From the NCBI GenBank assembly GCA_030704615.1, contig CM060731.1:33976001-34040000 (forward strand): 64,000 nt of DNA. Direction: 5' to 3'. The DNA comes from Takakia lepidozioides (taxonomy: Eukaryota; Plantae; Bryophyta). The position numbers were made by a program, and so were the translations under genes. Below, piece after piece: positions 38,851-50,500 of the stretch (within the stretch, counting starts at the first letter, position 1; every line of letters starts with the position of its first letter). The notes beneath the pieces are model-generated. The model had not been told where the DNA came from. It made no database searches and saw only the letters and a list, made by a program, of their open reading frames with translations.

Positions 38851-39667
38851 CAACGTCCGGGGAGAACCGGCAGCCAGTTACATGCTAGCCGACTGAATTC
38901 CAGAATTTCCGAATGAAATATGAAACCTCAGGAAATGGATCCGAGGGAAAAAATGGCCGAAGTGGAAATCAACCGGGTGCCCTACTTTTAGGAAGGATAT
39001 TTGCCTTTCCATTTCATTACAGACAGGAAATCTGCCTTAGTTGGCAAGGCCTGGACGGATTCCGGCCCTTCTTATATTACAAAAAATGGAAATGGCCGTC
39101 GAAGTCCACCACATGGCAGAAATCCAACGTGCCAGGGCCGGGTTACATCCAAGGAAGGGCGTTTAGGTGAAAAAATATTGAACTCAAAGAGGGCGGGCCC
39201 GTGGGCAAACCCTACTAAGTCTGGACGTTGCTCTCGCAGCCCCAGCCCCACGCCTGCTTGCACTCGATGCCTGCTATCACAGCTCACCTGTCCATGCGGG
39301 TTCAATTCTTGGCCTCCATGTGGTTTGAAGGCATTGACAGGTCCAACTTCTATAAGGATACAATGTTCTTCACTTGTTTGAATTGCTTAAAACTGGTTGT
39401 GATTATTTATTATTATTATTATTTACTTATTGTTGTGCATTTGACACTTGTGTTGTCAACCGGTTGACATTTATAAGGGCCAGATTTATAGCTGAACACA
39501 AAATAAATCATTAGGAATATAACCAGTTGTAAAGAAATTATCTCGGAAATTGACCGGGTATAGTTACCACTAAGGGGCAGCAACCGACTGCCCAACCCAC
39601 TTAGCCGATTGCTGCTGGGAATGAGCGGCTACTGGCTGGTTCAACTGAAATTATTTCCCGGACGCTG
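38851..39667. mobile_element. hAT-type non-autonomous element
   Basis: TIR CAACGTCCGGG ... CCCGGACGCTG; perfect 8-bp TSD GCATGGGC (38843-38850, 39668-39675). Confidence 0.85.
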
Positions 39668-40599
39668 GCATGGGCTATATGTGATCCAGTGAAGATACAT
39701 AGAGCAATGACATTGTCTTTATCCTCTGTACTTACATCTGTTATACCATTATTATGTCATGTCAAAATAGCTATGACATTCTGTCAACTGATGCTACATC
39801 GCATTGTTATTACTCTCAGCAGTGATGTGGGTAGAGAATGTTGCAAACAGCTGCCGAAAGTTCCAGTTTGGAAAGTTGAAGTGTGAAAGGGGTGTGAAAG
39901 AGTCGTCATTTTTTTTCTTTTTGTCGTCACTAGTATATCAATGTGCCAAGATAAGGTTGAAAAAAGAATATTGTCTATCCTCACCTACATCCCCAACACA
40001 AATGTGTCATAAATCGTTCATGCTAGTTGGCAAGCCAAATCAGATCAAAGACAACTAATTTGTTGACTTCAATGTTGTGTTGCAAGTATTACAACGACTA
40101 TTTGATATACTTCAACTTCACGGAAAACAATAACTTTGGAAAATGGCTCGATAGACTGACACAATTTCACAATCTGAGATGTCTCATAATGTTGCTGCGA
40201 TCAAGCTCAAACAACTAATCAACTTATGAACAAATTAACCTCCCACTTTAGAGACATCTCTTGCTGTTTGACAATCAGTACTGACATATTGTAGATGCTA
40301 AATATGCCTTGTTTCATATCAAGACTCACTAGGGCAGCCAGTGCTGTTGACCCAAGTGCAATCCCTATGGATCAGCCCTTATCTTTTATTTCTGCCTGGG
40401 CGTGGACGTGGCGATGTTCTAGCGACGACCCAAGGTCGAGAGCTAGTTTAGCGTAGAGCAGATAGAGGGTGCCATAGTCGGCCACGTCATCGTAGACACG
40501 TCATAGTCGTCAGCCACGTCATCGTCGTCATTTCTGTGATGTCGGTTGTAACGGAAGTTCGGCACGGACGGATTTTAGCCGTGTGAACCTACCTTCAAC

Positions 40600-41540
40600 C
40601 ATGACCACAGCTTCTGAAAGAGGATCAAGAGAGGGAGTCCACAATGCCTCTTCCGGCACTTGTGGGCATGTGAAGATGCTTTGTTTGGCAGGCAGATTGA
40701 CAGAGGCTCTGCAGACTAAACCAAGGAGGCATTTCAGCGGATTCAGATACATATGTCTGTCTCTTGCTTAAGTGCATCAAGGTGGAAGGTCTGGAAGCTG
40801 GAAAGCAGATGCACACTCACATTATCCAAAGGGATTCACGCCAAATGTTTTTCTACTCAATACCCTTGTCAACATGTATGTTAAGAGCGAGAGCATCATG
40901 GATGCTCACCAAGCGTTCAACAGAATGCCTCAACGATCTTTGATCGATTGCTTGCAGGGTATGCACACAACAGGGGCGTGGTATGGAGGCCTTGGAGACC
41001 TATGATCAAATGATGGGGGAAGGGGTGAAGCCTGACCACATCACGTTTATGTGCATTTTCAATGCGTGTGCAAGCCTGGCAGCTCTGGAAAAGGCCGAAG
41101 AGGTGCATGGCGACATTGTCAGAGCTGCAATTGTACCAAATGTCATTTTGAACAATACCCTCGTGGACATGTATGAAGGGAGTGTTCGATAGTATGTAGT
41201 ATGGCTGAACAAGATGTGGTGTCGTGGAGTGCGATGATTGCAGGATATGCACAGCAGGGCGCGGGATGGAGGCTTTGGATGATTATGAGCAAATGATGTG
41301 CGAAGGGGTGAAGCCCAACCACATAACGGTTTGTTTGCATTTGCAATGCGTGTGCAAGCATGGCAGCCCTGGAAAAGTGCAAAGAGGTCCATGGTGACAT
41401 CGTCAAATCTGGAATTGTACCCGATGTCATTCTGAACACTGCCCTGCTGGACATGTATGTCAAATGTGGGTGCATCGAGGATTCAAAGGGAGTGTTCGAC
41501 AGTATGGCTGAACGAGATGTGGTGTCGTGGAGTGCGATGA
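40600..41540 (+). pseudogene. Decayed N-terminal part of a PLS-PPR paralog of the 32794 gene
   Basis: The 5' segment (AAGAGAGGGAGTC.ACAA...GGCAGG.AGATT) is homologous to 32868-32960; PPR motifs carry frameshifts and deletions. Confidence 0.85.
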
Positions 41541-41544
41541 CAAT

Positions 41545-42303
41545 GGAGGGGAAGAAGGCACATCTTGGCTTCTGGTGGAACTGACAAACATTCCAACAAT
41601 CGAATTGACCCCTCCATTCCAAGTCACTCAAGCACTTGATGCACAGGGCGCTCTTCTGGAAATTGCAGGGGGAGGAGGAGTTTTCCCATCTAGGGTAGGC
41701 TTTGGTAAACTATTCTAGTGGCTTCTGTCCTTTGCAATTTGCACATTGGGAAACGAATTCCTGGGGCTGGCCGCTCTCACAGTTATCATGCTTGTTGGAT
41801 ACTCCGTCTATGCTGCAATGACTACTGTACTGCCAGTGGTAACTGCAGCCTTTGTCCAAGGGCTGGGGACAGACGCAGTAGTGCTGCAAGGTTAGTGGAA
41901 TGGACAATCCAACCCTTGGGTAGGGCAACGAAAGGACTTTCTCATCGTATCAATGCAGAAAATTTTGCCAAGTTTGTTGAACATCAATGAGTAGAACTTC
42001 AATATATCTGGTTGGTTATGTTGACCACATCCAGGATAGCTCTAACCATTGCAGTGAAAGCCTTCAGGTGGAGCAACCGGGGGGTGACACAGTCATTGAT
42101 ACCAACGCTTCCCGCTGTGGTCGTTATTTTTCTCATATCCATGATGATTATAGGGTCCCTGGGGGGCCTAGTTCTATTCTCTTACAAAGTGGGTGTTGAG
42201 AGCAAGGATGCTGTGGAGCTCTCACAATGGCTAGAAGAGAACAAAATTCCTCAGTACATTGATATGCACATGATGAAAGCTTATGACAAATTGGTGCAGC
42301 GGG
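41545..42303 (+). pseudogene. TMEM245/AI-2E-like membrane protein gene fragment
   Basis: GFGKLF*WLLSFA and LISMMIIGSLGGLVLFSYKVGVESKDAV..QWLEENKIPQYIDM match the plant TMEM245-like family as recalled; stops and an internal deletion. Confidence 0.7.
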
Positions 42304-42609
42304 TCTCTCTCTCTTTCCCTATCTCTCACAGACCTTGTTTCTTGCTTTCTTTGTAGCCTCTACTGCAAAATCAGGGGCCACTACTTTTTCCTATTAGATT
42401 CAGCCCATCTATCACCATTGTGAGGATCAGAGATGCATTGTACATATCTGCATGAGGCTCGCCTCCTGCAGAATCCATCAAGTTGAATTATAGTTTTCTG
42501 GTTGTTGGGAGCCCCACTTTTGTGATTTTCTGCTTTACTTTCTCTGATAAGGTCCCTGAGCTCCCATGGGCATTATAAAGGTTCTTCCTTTCTCTTTCTC
42601 TTCAACTGT

Positions 42610-42671
42610 TCCGCTCAAACTGGGCGCGGCGTCAATGGCCACAAGGCTATGGCAAACGTCTTATGAGTACA
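42610..42671 (+). mobile_element. 62-bp 5'-truncated RTEX-like LINE insertion with 18-bp TSD
   Basis: TCCGCTCAAACTGGGCGCGGCGTCAATGGCCACAAGGCTATGGCAAACGTCTTATGAGTACA, flanked by CTCTTTCTCTTCAACTGT at 42592-42609 and 42672-42689. Confidence 0.9.
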
Positions 42672-42789
42672 CTCTTTCTCTTCAACTGTGTCCCTGGTCC
42701 CTTTGGGCCTTCCTGTGGACATTATAAAGGTTCTTTGTTCTTTCTTTCTTCCTTTGTTTCATTCTTTCTTTTTCTTGCACTATGTGAGG

Positions 42790-43198
42790 AGGTGCCTCTG
42801 CCCGTTGGGCTGGGCACCATGAAGCCCCCGGTTGGTTGAAGGTGTGATTTTTGGGCGTATCCCTGTCATTATTGCCGACTATATTGTCCTTCCATTTGTT
42901 GATGCTATACCCTGTGAGAAAATTGGGATTTTTGTAGCCGAGAAAGATGTCCCGCATCTTGACCAAATCTTGTCTTCAATTACCCCAGAGCAAGTCCTTG
43001 AAAAGCAAAGGCTATTGGTGAACCCCGCAATGAAACAAGCAATGCTATTCCCGCAGCCTACACAACCAGGGGATGCTTTCCACCAAATATTGAATGGCTT
43101 GCACGCAAGCTGCCACATGACAGTGGTGTCTATTTAGAGCCGGGGCAAGCTGTGCTAAATTGGACCGAAGGTCCCCTTGAGACCTCAAGCCATGGTAG
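42790..43198 (+). pseudogene. IRX10-like: GT47 exostosin IRX10/GUT-type xylosyltransferase C-terminal fragment
   Basis: CLCPLGWAP*SPRLVEGVIFGRIPVIIAD...QAMLFPQPTQPGDAFHQILNGL / ARKLPHD..VYLEPGQAVLNWTEGP..DLKPW*; stop and frameshifts; no upstream exons. Confidence 0.85.
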
Positions 43199-43969
43199 TA
43201 AGTGGTATGAGTCAGCTGCGCCTTCATTGCGACTCTCTGGTGCTCCGTTTCCCCTTGTGCAGCTCATGTCCCTTGGAATTTTGCGTAAGCCTGAAGTGCA
43301 ACATTTCAGGTCATTATTCTTCAACCAAGGTGACCATATGCCCTGGTATGGGCTACTGTGGCTTTGATTGGTTAATGCTGTATAATGGAATTGGTCCCTC
43401 GCAAGAATGTTCAATGTTGTTTAGGCATTGTTACCTCAATGTCAAATTCACCATTCGCTAGAGGCCTTAGTGTTGACGAGGTTTTCACATTTTCTTAGCT
43501 TGGCTTACCAGCCCCCCTCTCTCTGGCCAAGGCTAGTGGCTTTGATGTCACTTTGTAACTTAGGCATCTCCAGCCACCCCCGGGCTACCCTCTTTGACTG
43601 ATTATTTTCAAACAGAGACTCTGGAAGAAAACTGAAGGGAGCCCAGTAACCTAGGTGTGGTGGAAAACCTCCCCATCCAAGACTTCCCTCTGTTATGGTC
43701 ATTTATGTACAGCTCTGATCTTTATGAAATATTGTCAAATGTACCCCCTCGGTGCGGATCTTTGATCCATACCACAACAAACAAATCTATAGCCTTTTGG
43801 AGTTTCATATCCAAGACAAACATATCTTCCCCGGCTATGATACGCACCTTTTGGTAAGGCCTTAAAAGTACTTCTCCCAAGGTTATTTCCCTTGAGTTTG
43901 CACCATTTGGTAAGGCCCTTAAAGTTCTCCAAAGGTTATTTCCCTTGAGTTAATACGAGTTACCGTATC

Positions 43970-44177
43970 TATCAAAGAGTCCTTCGATGTCAGGCGCATT
44001 ACTGCCAAATATTTCATTATTTCAGAGAAAGTAGGTCCGCACCTAAATTTAGGTTTTTACAATTTTTGAACAAGGTGGTCACATACATTCAAATTAGGGA
44101 GGTCATTAATTTTTTGAGTATTTCAGATAGGCAAAATTTGAATTAATAAACGTCCGACATCGAAGGACTCTACGATA
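43970..44177. mobile_element. Small MITE (possibly Tc1/Mariner type)
   Basis: Inverted AGAGTCCTTCGATGTC ... GACATCGAAGGACTCT with TA-rich flanks. Confidence 0.6.
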
Positions 44178-44449
44178 TATATATACACATAAAGAAAGTC
44201 AACCTTGTCGGGTGTGGTATGATCTTCTTCGGCAACACTCCGCCATTTTTCTTGCGTGAAACAATGAAACACGGAATGTATGTATGTAACACCCTGCGGA
44301 TGATCCACCCCTTTGTGTTCAAATTGAACGTAGTTCTCAGAATTCGTCGTTAGTAGTGGAGCAACGCGAAGCCCTAGTTTCCTTCTTGGGGTTAAGTGCA
44401 GAGGTGGCGACAAGTACAATGTCCACCCGGAAACAACCAGCATGTAGCC

Positions 44450-44688
44450 CACTGATAATCAGCCATTCTTTTAGTGGCAAATAATCGCCAGATTTCGACC
44501 TCAAAAAAAAAAATCGAATATTCTGTCGCAAATCCACTGTTTTTTCATGGATGAAATCACCAAATTTCTCCAATTAAAAAATAAATTATGGATGAATTTG
44601 CCAAATATGGATGATGGTACATAGGTGGATGAATTACAATGGATGAACAGAATAAATGGCTATTTCCTGCAAAACTCTATAGCCACTT
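44450..44688. repeat. Dispersed repeat (GGATGAA-rich); second copy at 55756-55993
   Basis: Shared AATAATCGCC..ATTT.GACCTCAAAAAA...AATATTCTGTCG.AAAT...ATGAAATC.CCAAA...ATGGATGAACAGAATA. Confidence 0.75.
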
Positions 44689-47546
44689 GTGCTGTTTTCC
44701 AAACTCCTTAAAAAAGACAGTGCTGGTAATGGGCACATACCATGTTGGATGTGGTTGTGGGTTCAAACCACGGTCTCGTATGTCATGAAGGTGTCCACCT
44801 ATCAGCATAAAATTATGTATGCCAAAAATTATGAGACCAACTCCCTTTCTTCATATATTGAAGTCCTTAGCTTTGTGCGAGATGCGGAGCCTGGCGAATA
44901 CCAGCCATATCGCATTGTGCCCCGATTCTTTACCCATCATAAAGATCTTCTTAAAACAATGAGCTGGGGTTACATTTCCTAAATACCTTGTCAGTCTAGC
45001 AAGGTGAGTTACGTATAGGGGAAAGCGCTCCCTGGAGGGCATTCCTGGGTTTAAGGGCCCCAAGCCCACGGCGGCAGCCCCAAGCGCGCGGGCCAAAAAT
45101 CCAAGAACGCCCAAAACGAAGGGGTTTTCCCATGCGTAAAGAAATGGAATGATTTCTTTTTCTTTTCATCTTTTCGGTATACTTTCTCCCCGCTAGTAGC
45201 TTCCTGTGAGAAAAGATATTGAATGTGAACATAAAGAAATGTTCTGACAATATATCTGTATTTTTTTTTCTCGAAGACATCTTTTAAATCTTGATATTGA
45301 GTGGGTAATGTTCAAGTACCCGGGTGTGCATTAAGTTACATTCTTATTGCTCATTTCAATAAGCATTTCCTCATTGGCATCGATTAGCACAACACACCCC
45401 AATGAATGTTTTATGTATTTATTTATTTTGTTTTACAGGAAAGGGGACATAGGAATGTTTTCAGACCAAATAAGAGTGGTGACATGGACAGTTGACCACA
45501 TTAACTTAACGCGATGCAAAGCCTCCCAGTTACCTATGCACCCAACAAACAAGCAAAAGAGTGAACAGATCTGTCCTTAGCAAAATTGCTCTTCCACCAC
45601 ATCAATCGTGAAGGCTCCATCCAAACTACGATTTCGCCACTGCTCTGTCCACGCAGCGAAGGGGAACATAAATGAGTCTCCGTCACTGCAGCTGCAATCC
45701 ATGGAAGCCTCGAGGCATATTCTTTGCTATCCTGAAGACTAGACGATGTTTCTTAGGATTTGCTAGGAGATCACCTGAGGGAAGATGTTCCGTTGCTTGA
45801 CTCCAGAAAAGTCGATAACAACTGACGCCGTCACTGCAACTGACGAGCCTTTGGGGCGACGGTGGCCATGTTACGGGCAGTATCAGGACGCTCCAGGCTT
45901 GTGTGGTAGCTGTGCATTCTCCCATTTACGTTCGGAACAAGGCCGGGGCTAGATTAGATTTATGTGTAGTTTTAGACTTATGCAAAAGTCCATCTGTAGT
46001 GACATATTTAGTAATTAATAGACAAGAATGGCGACACGCAAGGGTGGCGGAGGCGGGTCAGACGATGGGACTTCGCCGCTGTCGTCCAGCTCCCTCTGAT
46101 TCCCATGTTTCTTTCCACACTGCGGTGTAGATTTTCCTTTCTTGAGACTTAAGCCGAGTGCGCTTTAGTGAATGTGTATGTCTACTGCGTTTTAGATCCG
46201 ATCTGTGTGGTTGCTTGGAGTGGCAAAAAATTCCTCCGAAACCTCGACATAGTCCCTCCGGACGATTTGTTAAGACTATGCTAGAGATAACTATAAGTTT
46301 AATTCCGACATTAGGACAGTTCTGAGTTAAAGATAGAGATCGTTCTGTCTTGCTTCTATCTCCTCGGTCATACGCAGTTCACATCGGTGTCTATCTCTAT
46401 TTTTGTCTATGCAAGTTGACCTTTAATGGATTGAGCAGCTCAAACTGGTTCTTTCACCACAACAGCTGCAGGTCCGGGAGTGTAGACATCTCATATCTCT
46501 GTTAAACGCATACGTGTAAGACTTGTGGTACTTGCGGAGGAAAGACCTGTTGTCTAGAGTACAGGTGTTGTCTCTCGTTGATTCCATCCAGTGCAATATC
46601 TATCCACGTGAGTCCCCAGCCTTTTGAGAGTGTCGATATGATGGGACAATGGGGGGGATGACTTTGTTGAAGAAACCTTCGCTATTTCTTTGTACAGTCG
46701 AGTTCACACCGTAAGGAGAATCAACTGCACAATATGACTAGCTAGACTGATCGGATTCATCCGCCAATAGCTTCAAACTCGACTCCTGGATCCATACTAG
46801 TTTCTGTCTTTTTCTCCCTGCTGACACAATCCGCCAGGTCTTCTAAATTTGTCAGTCTAGATTAGACCTGCAGGTTTGTGATACACGACAATTAGTTGTG
46901 TGTCCTCATGGAACTGTAGCTGTCTCTTTACTCTGGTTCTCCATCGGAAGAGTTCTTAACATGAATTTGCAGTCGAATGATCAGGTGGAGTAGGCGAGGT
47001 GATGGAAGGGCACTCAGCCTGTGGTATATATAACTACATAACAGTGGAGGCGTAAAATTGAACCAACTGCGTGATATTCTTCCACCAGATGTTCACAGCA
47101 AATCTGCGCTTTCGACTTTCTAGAGTACGAAAGGTGTTATGCATTTGATGTGCTCAATTGGAAGATCCTTTAGCACGCTCTTAGCACAAAGTCCTTTCCA
47201 GGCATGTGCATGATCTGATCGAAGATTTTCCTGGGGCCCCAGAAAACCCATGTGCGAGGAAGAGAGATTACATGAATATATATGTTACTTTGTGAGATGG
47301 TACATTGACTCATGCGGGCTCTATATGACAGTGTTGCACAGTTTGTAAGTACATATCTAAAAGCTCGAGCAAATAAGCTGAGAAGTGGTGAGCCTGGTCG
47401 GGGCATAAAGGGCACTGGGGCCAGAAACGAGCAGCAATTCACGCAGCTGGCAACTTCTCGAGGTCACGGGATAGATATAATTAGTTACTCTTGAGGCGAG
47501 GTGAAAGGGACAGGCAGGCATCACGCTGGCTCACGAGGAGATTATA

Positions 47547-50500
47547 GTGGAGACTGAAGGTTATAAGGAACTCGAAGATGGGAGTAGGAAGATACAAGGA
47601 GAGGAAGAAAAATTCCCAGGAACGAAGCAGACCCTGGGTGAGATTTTGCGTCAGCTGAGGAAGGAGCAGCGCCAGGCGAAAAAAGCATTGCAAAAACATG
47701 AACAGAATGAGAGCCCAAATACAGGACCCCGCCTTACCAGTCGTTCCACGAGTGCCAACGATTTTCGCACTCGCTCACGGTCAAAGCATCAGCAACCAGA
47801 AGAGCACCGACAGGACGTAAATCAGGAGCATAATCCCTCGAAGGTTTCAGACGCTTCCGTAGTTTCTGAGATCCAGCATTCACAGGAGAATCAGCATGAT
47901 GTATCCCCTTTCACCAAGAGCCCTTCCTGGCCCCAAGAGAAGCAGAAAACTGAGAATCCACCATCACACCATAGGAGGGCGACCATGAGCTGGGTCCCGC
48001 GATTCACCTTGGGCCGGAATGCAATCTCAGAACCCTTACCACTCTCTGGGCTGAACGCTTCCTCCCGTGGGTGGGGGAGCTTTAGTGTGGGACTTTGCCC
48101 GGCTTATTTGAAAAAATGGCAAGAGCCAGAGCAACAACAGCATCACCATAGCGAGGGTTCCAAACAGCTTGAGCCACTATCCGGGTCCCCTCGTCGATGG
48201 GGCATAACCCCAGATAAGTTGAGAGCTGCAGGGCCCTCGACACCGCCACAGCAGAAAGTAGAACATCTTTGCGAGGAAAACGAGCAGTGTGTGGGACTGC
48301 CTAAACTGCATAAAAACCTCGAGACAATTGTAGAAGAGGAATTAGAAAAGGAGGAACGGGAAAAGGGGACTTTTGACATACTAGAAGAGAAACTTGATAG
48401 AGTGGTCGTAGCGGTAAGCAAGGATCAATCCAGCAAAGATGCCCTAAAGTGGACGATAGTAAATCTGGTGCCCTCCCATGGAGTAGTCAGGCTTCTCTAT
48501 GTGTGCCCGCCAGTTAAAACCGTTCGTACTACAGGTAGATACTCTTCTCATCCTTACAAATACCCACAGTTTTGATTTGTTCTCACTCTCACTATCTCTT
48601 TCTCTGGTCCCCGCGGGCCTAGTGTTGGAGATCTAGTGCATATTAGTTTGAGATAGTTGCAGCAATCGATGAAACATAATAGGCAATTTGCTTCTTTCTA
48701 CTGCCAGCAGCTACACTATGCAGGTGGTCCTGTCAACCACCTTAGAATCCTGAAAGAAGTAGTTTAGCTGCACTGATCTCACATTGAAAACCAAATTCCA
48801 TGCTGCTGGCTATGACAATGAATTGATGTCTACTCTTAAGTCATTTTTCGAGACCCAGTGCAAGGCAATGTTTGTGTTATTTTGAAGCTATCTATCTCTT
48901 TCCTCTACTACCCTTCCCAGGAGTAAGAGGCTGATCCCTGAGTTCTTTGCAAATGAGTTTCTACCAGTATGAAGCAGACAAGGGGGGGAGGAGAGATTGT
49001 ACTCATAAGACGTTATTTGCCGTAGCCTGGATCTGTGGTAGTTTGGAATGACTTTGACAAGTAACTGCCGATGTGGCAGCAAGGAAAGTATCCAAAAACA
49101 GATAACAGAGATGAGGAGAAGCTTTGGTTTGTACACAGGCAGGGATAGCTGAAGGACCAGGGATAGAGGTCCAGATTTATCCAAGATGGCCGGATTTCAA
49201 ACACAAGATTACTTCTGATTCCTGTGGATCGAGTTGACCCCTCTGCAGTGGAAAAATTTAGTGAGCCCCAGAGCTTTGCCCTTGCCAGTTTGAACAACTT
49301 TCCGGATATGTGCATCCCAATTACAATTGGAGGAGAACTCAACGCCCAGGTAAGTGTAGGAAGGGAGGACCGGGATCTCTTGGCTACCCCACTGCCACTT
49401 AAGATCACTTCCTCCCTCTCCTCTGTCGTTGAATGCTACCACTGCACATTTGCTGACATTAGCCTCTAGCCCCCAAAGATCAAAGTATCTCTTCGCGCAA
49501 TCAATCAACTCCTGGAGATTGGTTGGAGTCTCCCCTATGCCTGCGAAGTCATCCGCAAATAGAAGGGCTGGTATGGTGGTATCACCCACCCTTAACCCAA
49601 ATCCCTCACTTTCCACATCCTCGAGGAGTTGATTGATGAAAACATTGAAGAGCAAAGGGGAGAGAGTACATCCTTGAGCTACACCTTGGTCTATGTCAAA
49701 GAAGTTGGAGGAGAGAGACCATTAGAGAGCAGCTGTTAGCATGCAGAGTGTTGGCATTACAGGTAGTTTAGTTTGGAGTATGCAGCCAATTTATTAGGAG
49801 ACGTTTTGGATGCAGGAGGGAAAGTGAGACCACTCAAACCAGCAAGTAGAAAGGTAGCCACAGATGATCTGCAGGATGCCCAGCTTAAAACAGAAGAGCT
49901 GCTTCAGGACCACCAATGGTTGTGTGATCTCAACAAGGTCTCGTCTCTATAAACCCCCACCTTAACTAGGACTTTGTTAGATCCTTGTTGGGTTCTATGC
50001 TTAGGATCTTTTGAAGGCGTCTTGGCATACCCAACCCTTCTCCATATATCCTCCTGGGAAACCCACTCACTGGTATCAGCAATCTTCCTCCATTGAACTT
50101 GGATGGTTCCTTCAAGTTAGCTCACAGCTTCTTTGATAGGCACAAACAATATTGGCTAAGAATCTACATGGAGTTCCTGTCCGTTTTATTCACCGTGGCC
50201 AGACTGGAAGAGATATTCTGGCTAGATTGTTATGTGAAACAATAGACATGACATTTCTTAGGTCTTGCATTCGGAACCTGTGATTATCTTTTCATCCTCC
50301 TCAGGATTACAACCTGCTTTTTGCTTCCATTTGAGTCCCATCACTCTGTCATTTGGGCAAGGTCAAGGAAAAATACTCATTAATTGAGTTGTCCAGGTGG
50401 AGGCAGAGTTTGTCATGGTGGAAAGCAGCAAAACTGTGCAGAAAGTGTTGGTGGAACAGGTATCCAAACTTGGAATTACAAGGCTGGTGCTTGGTACATC

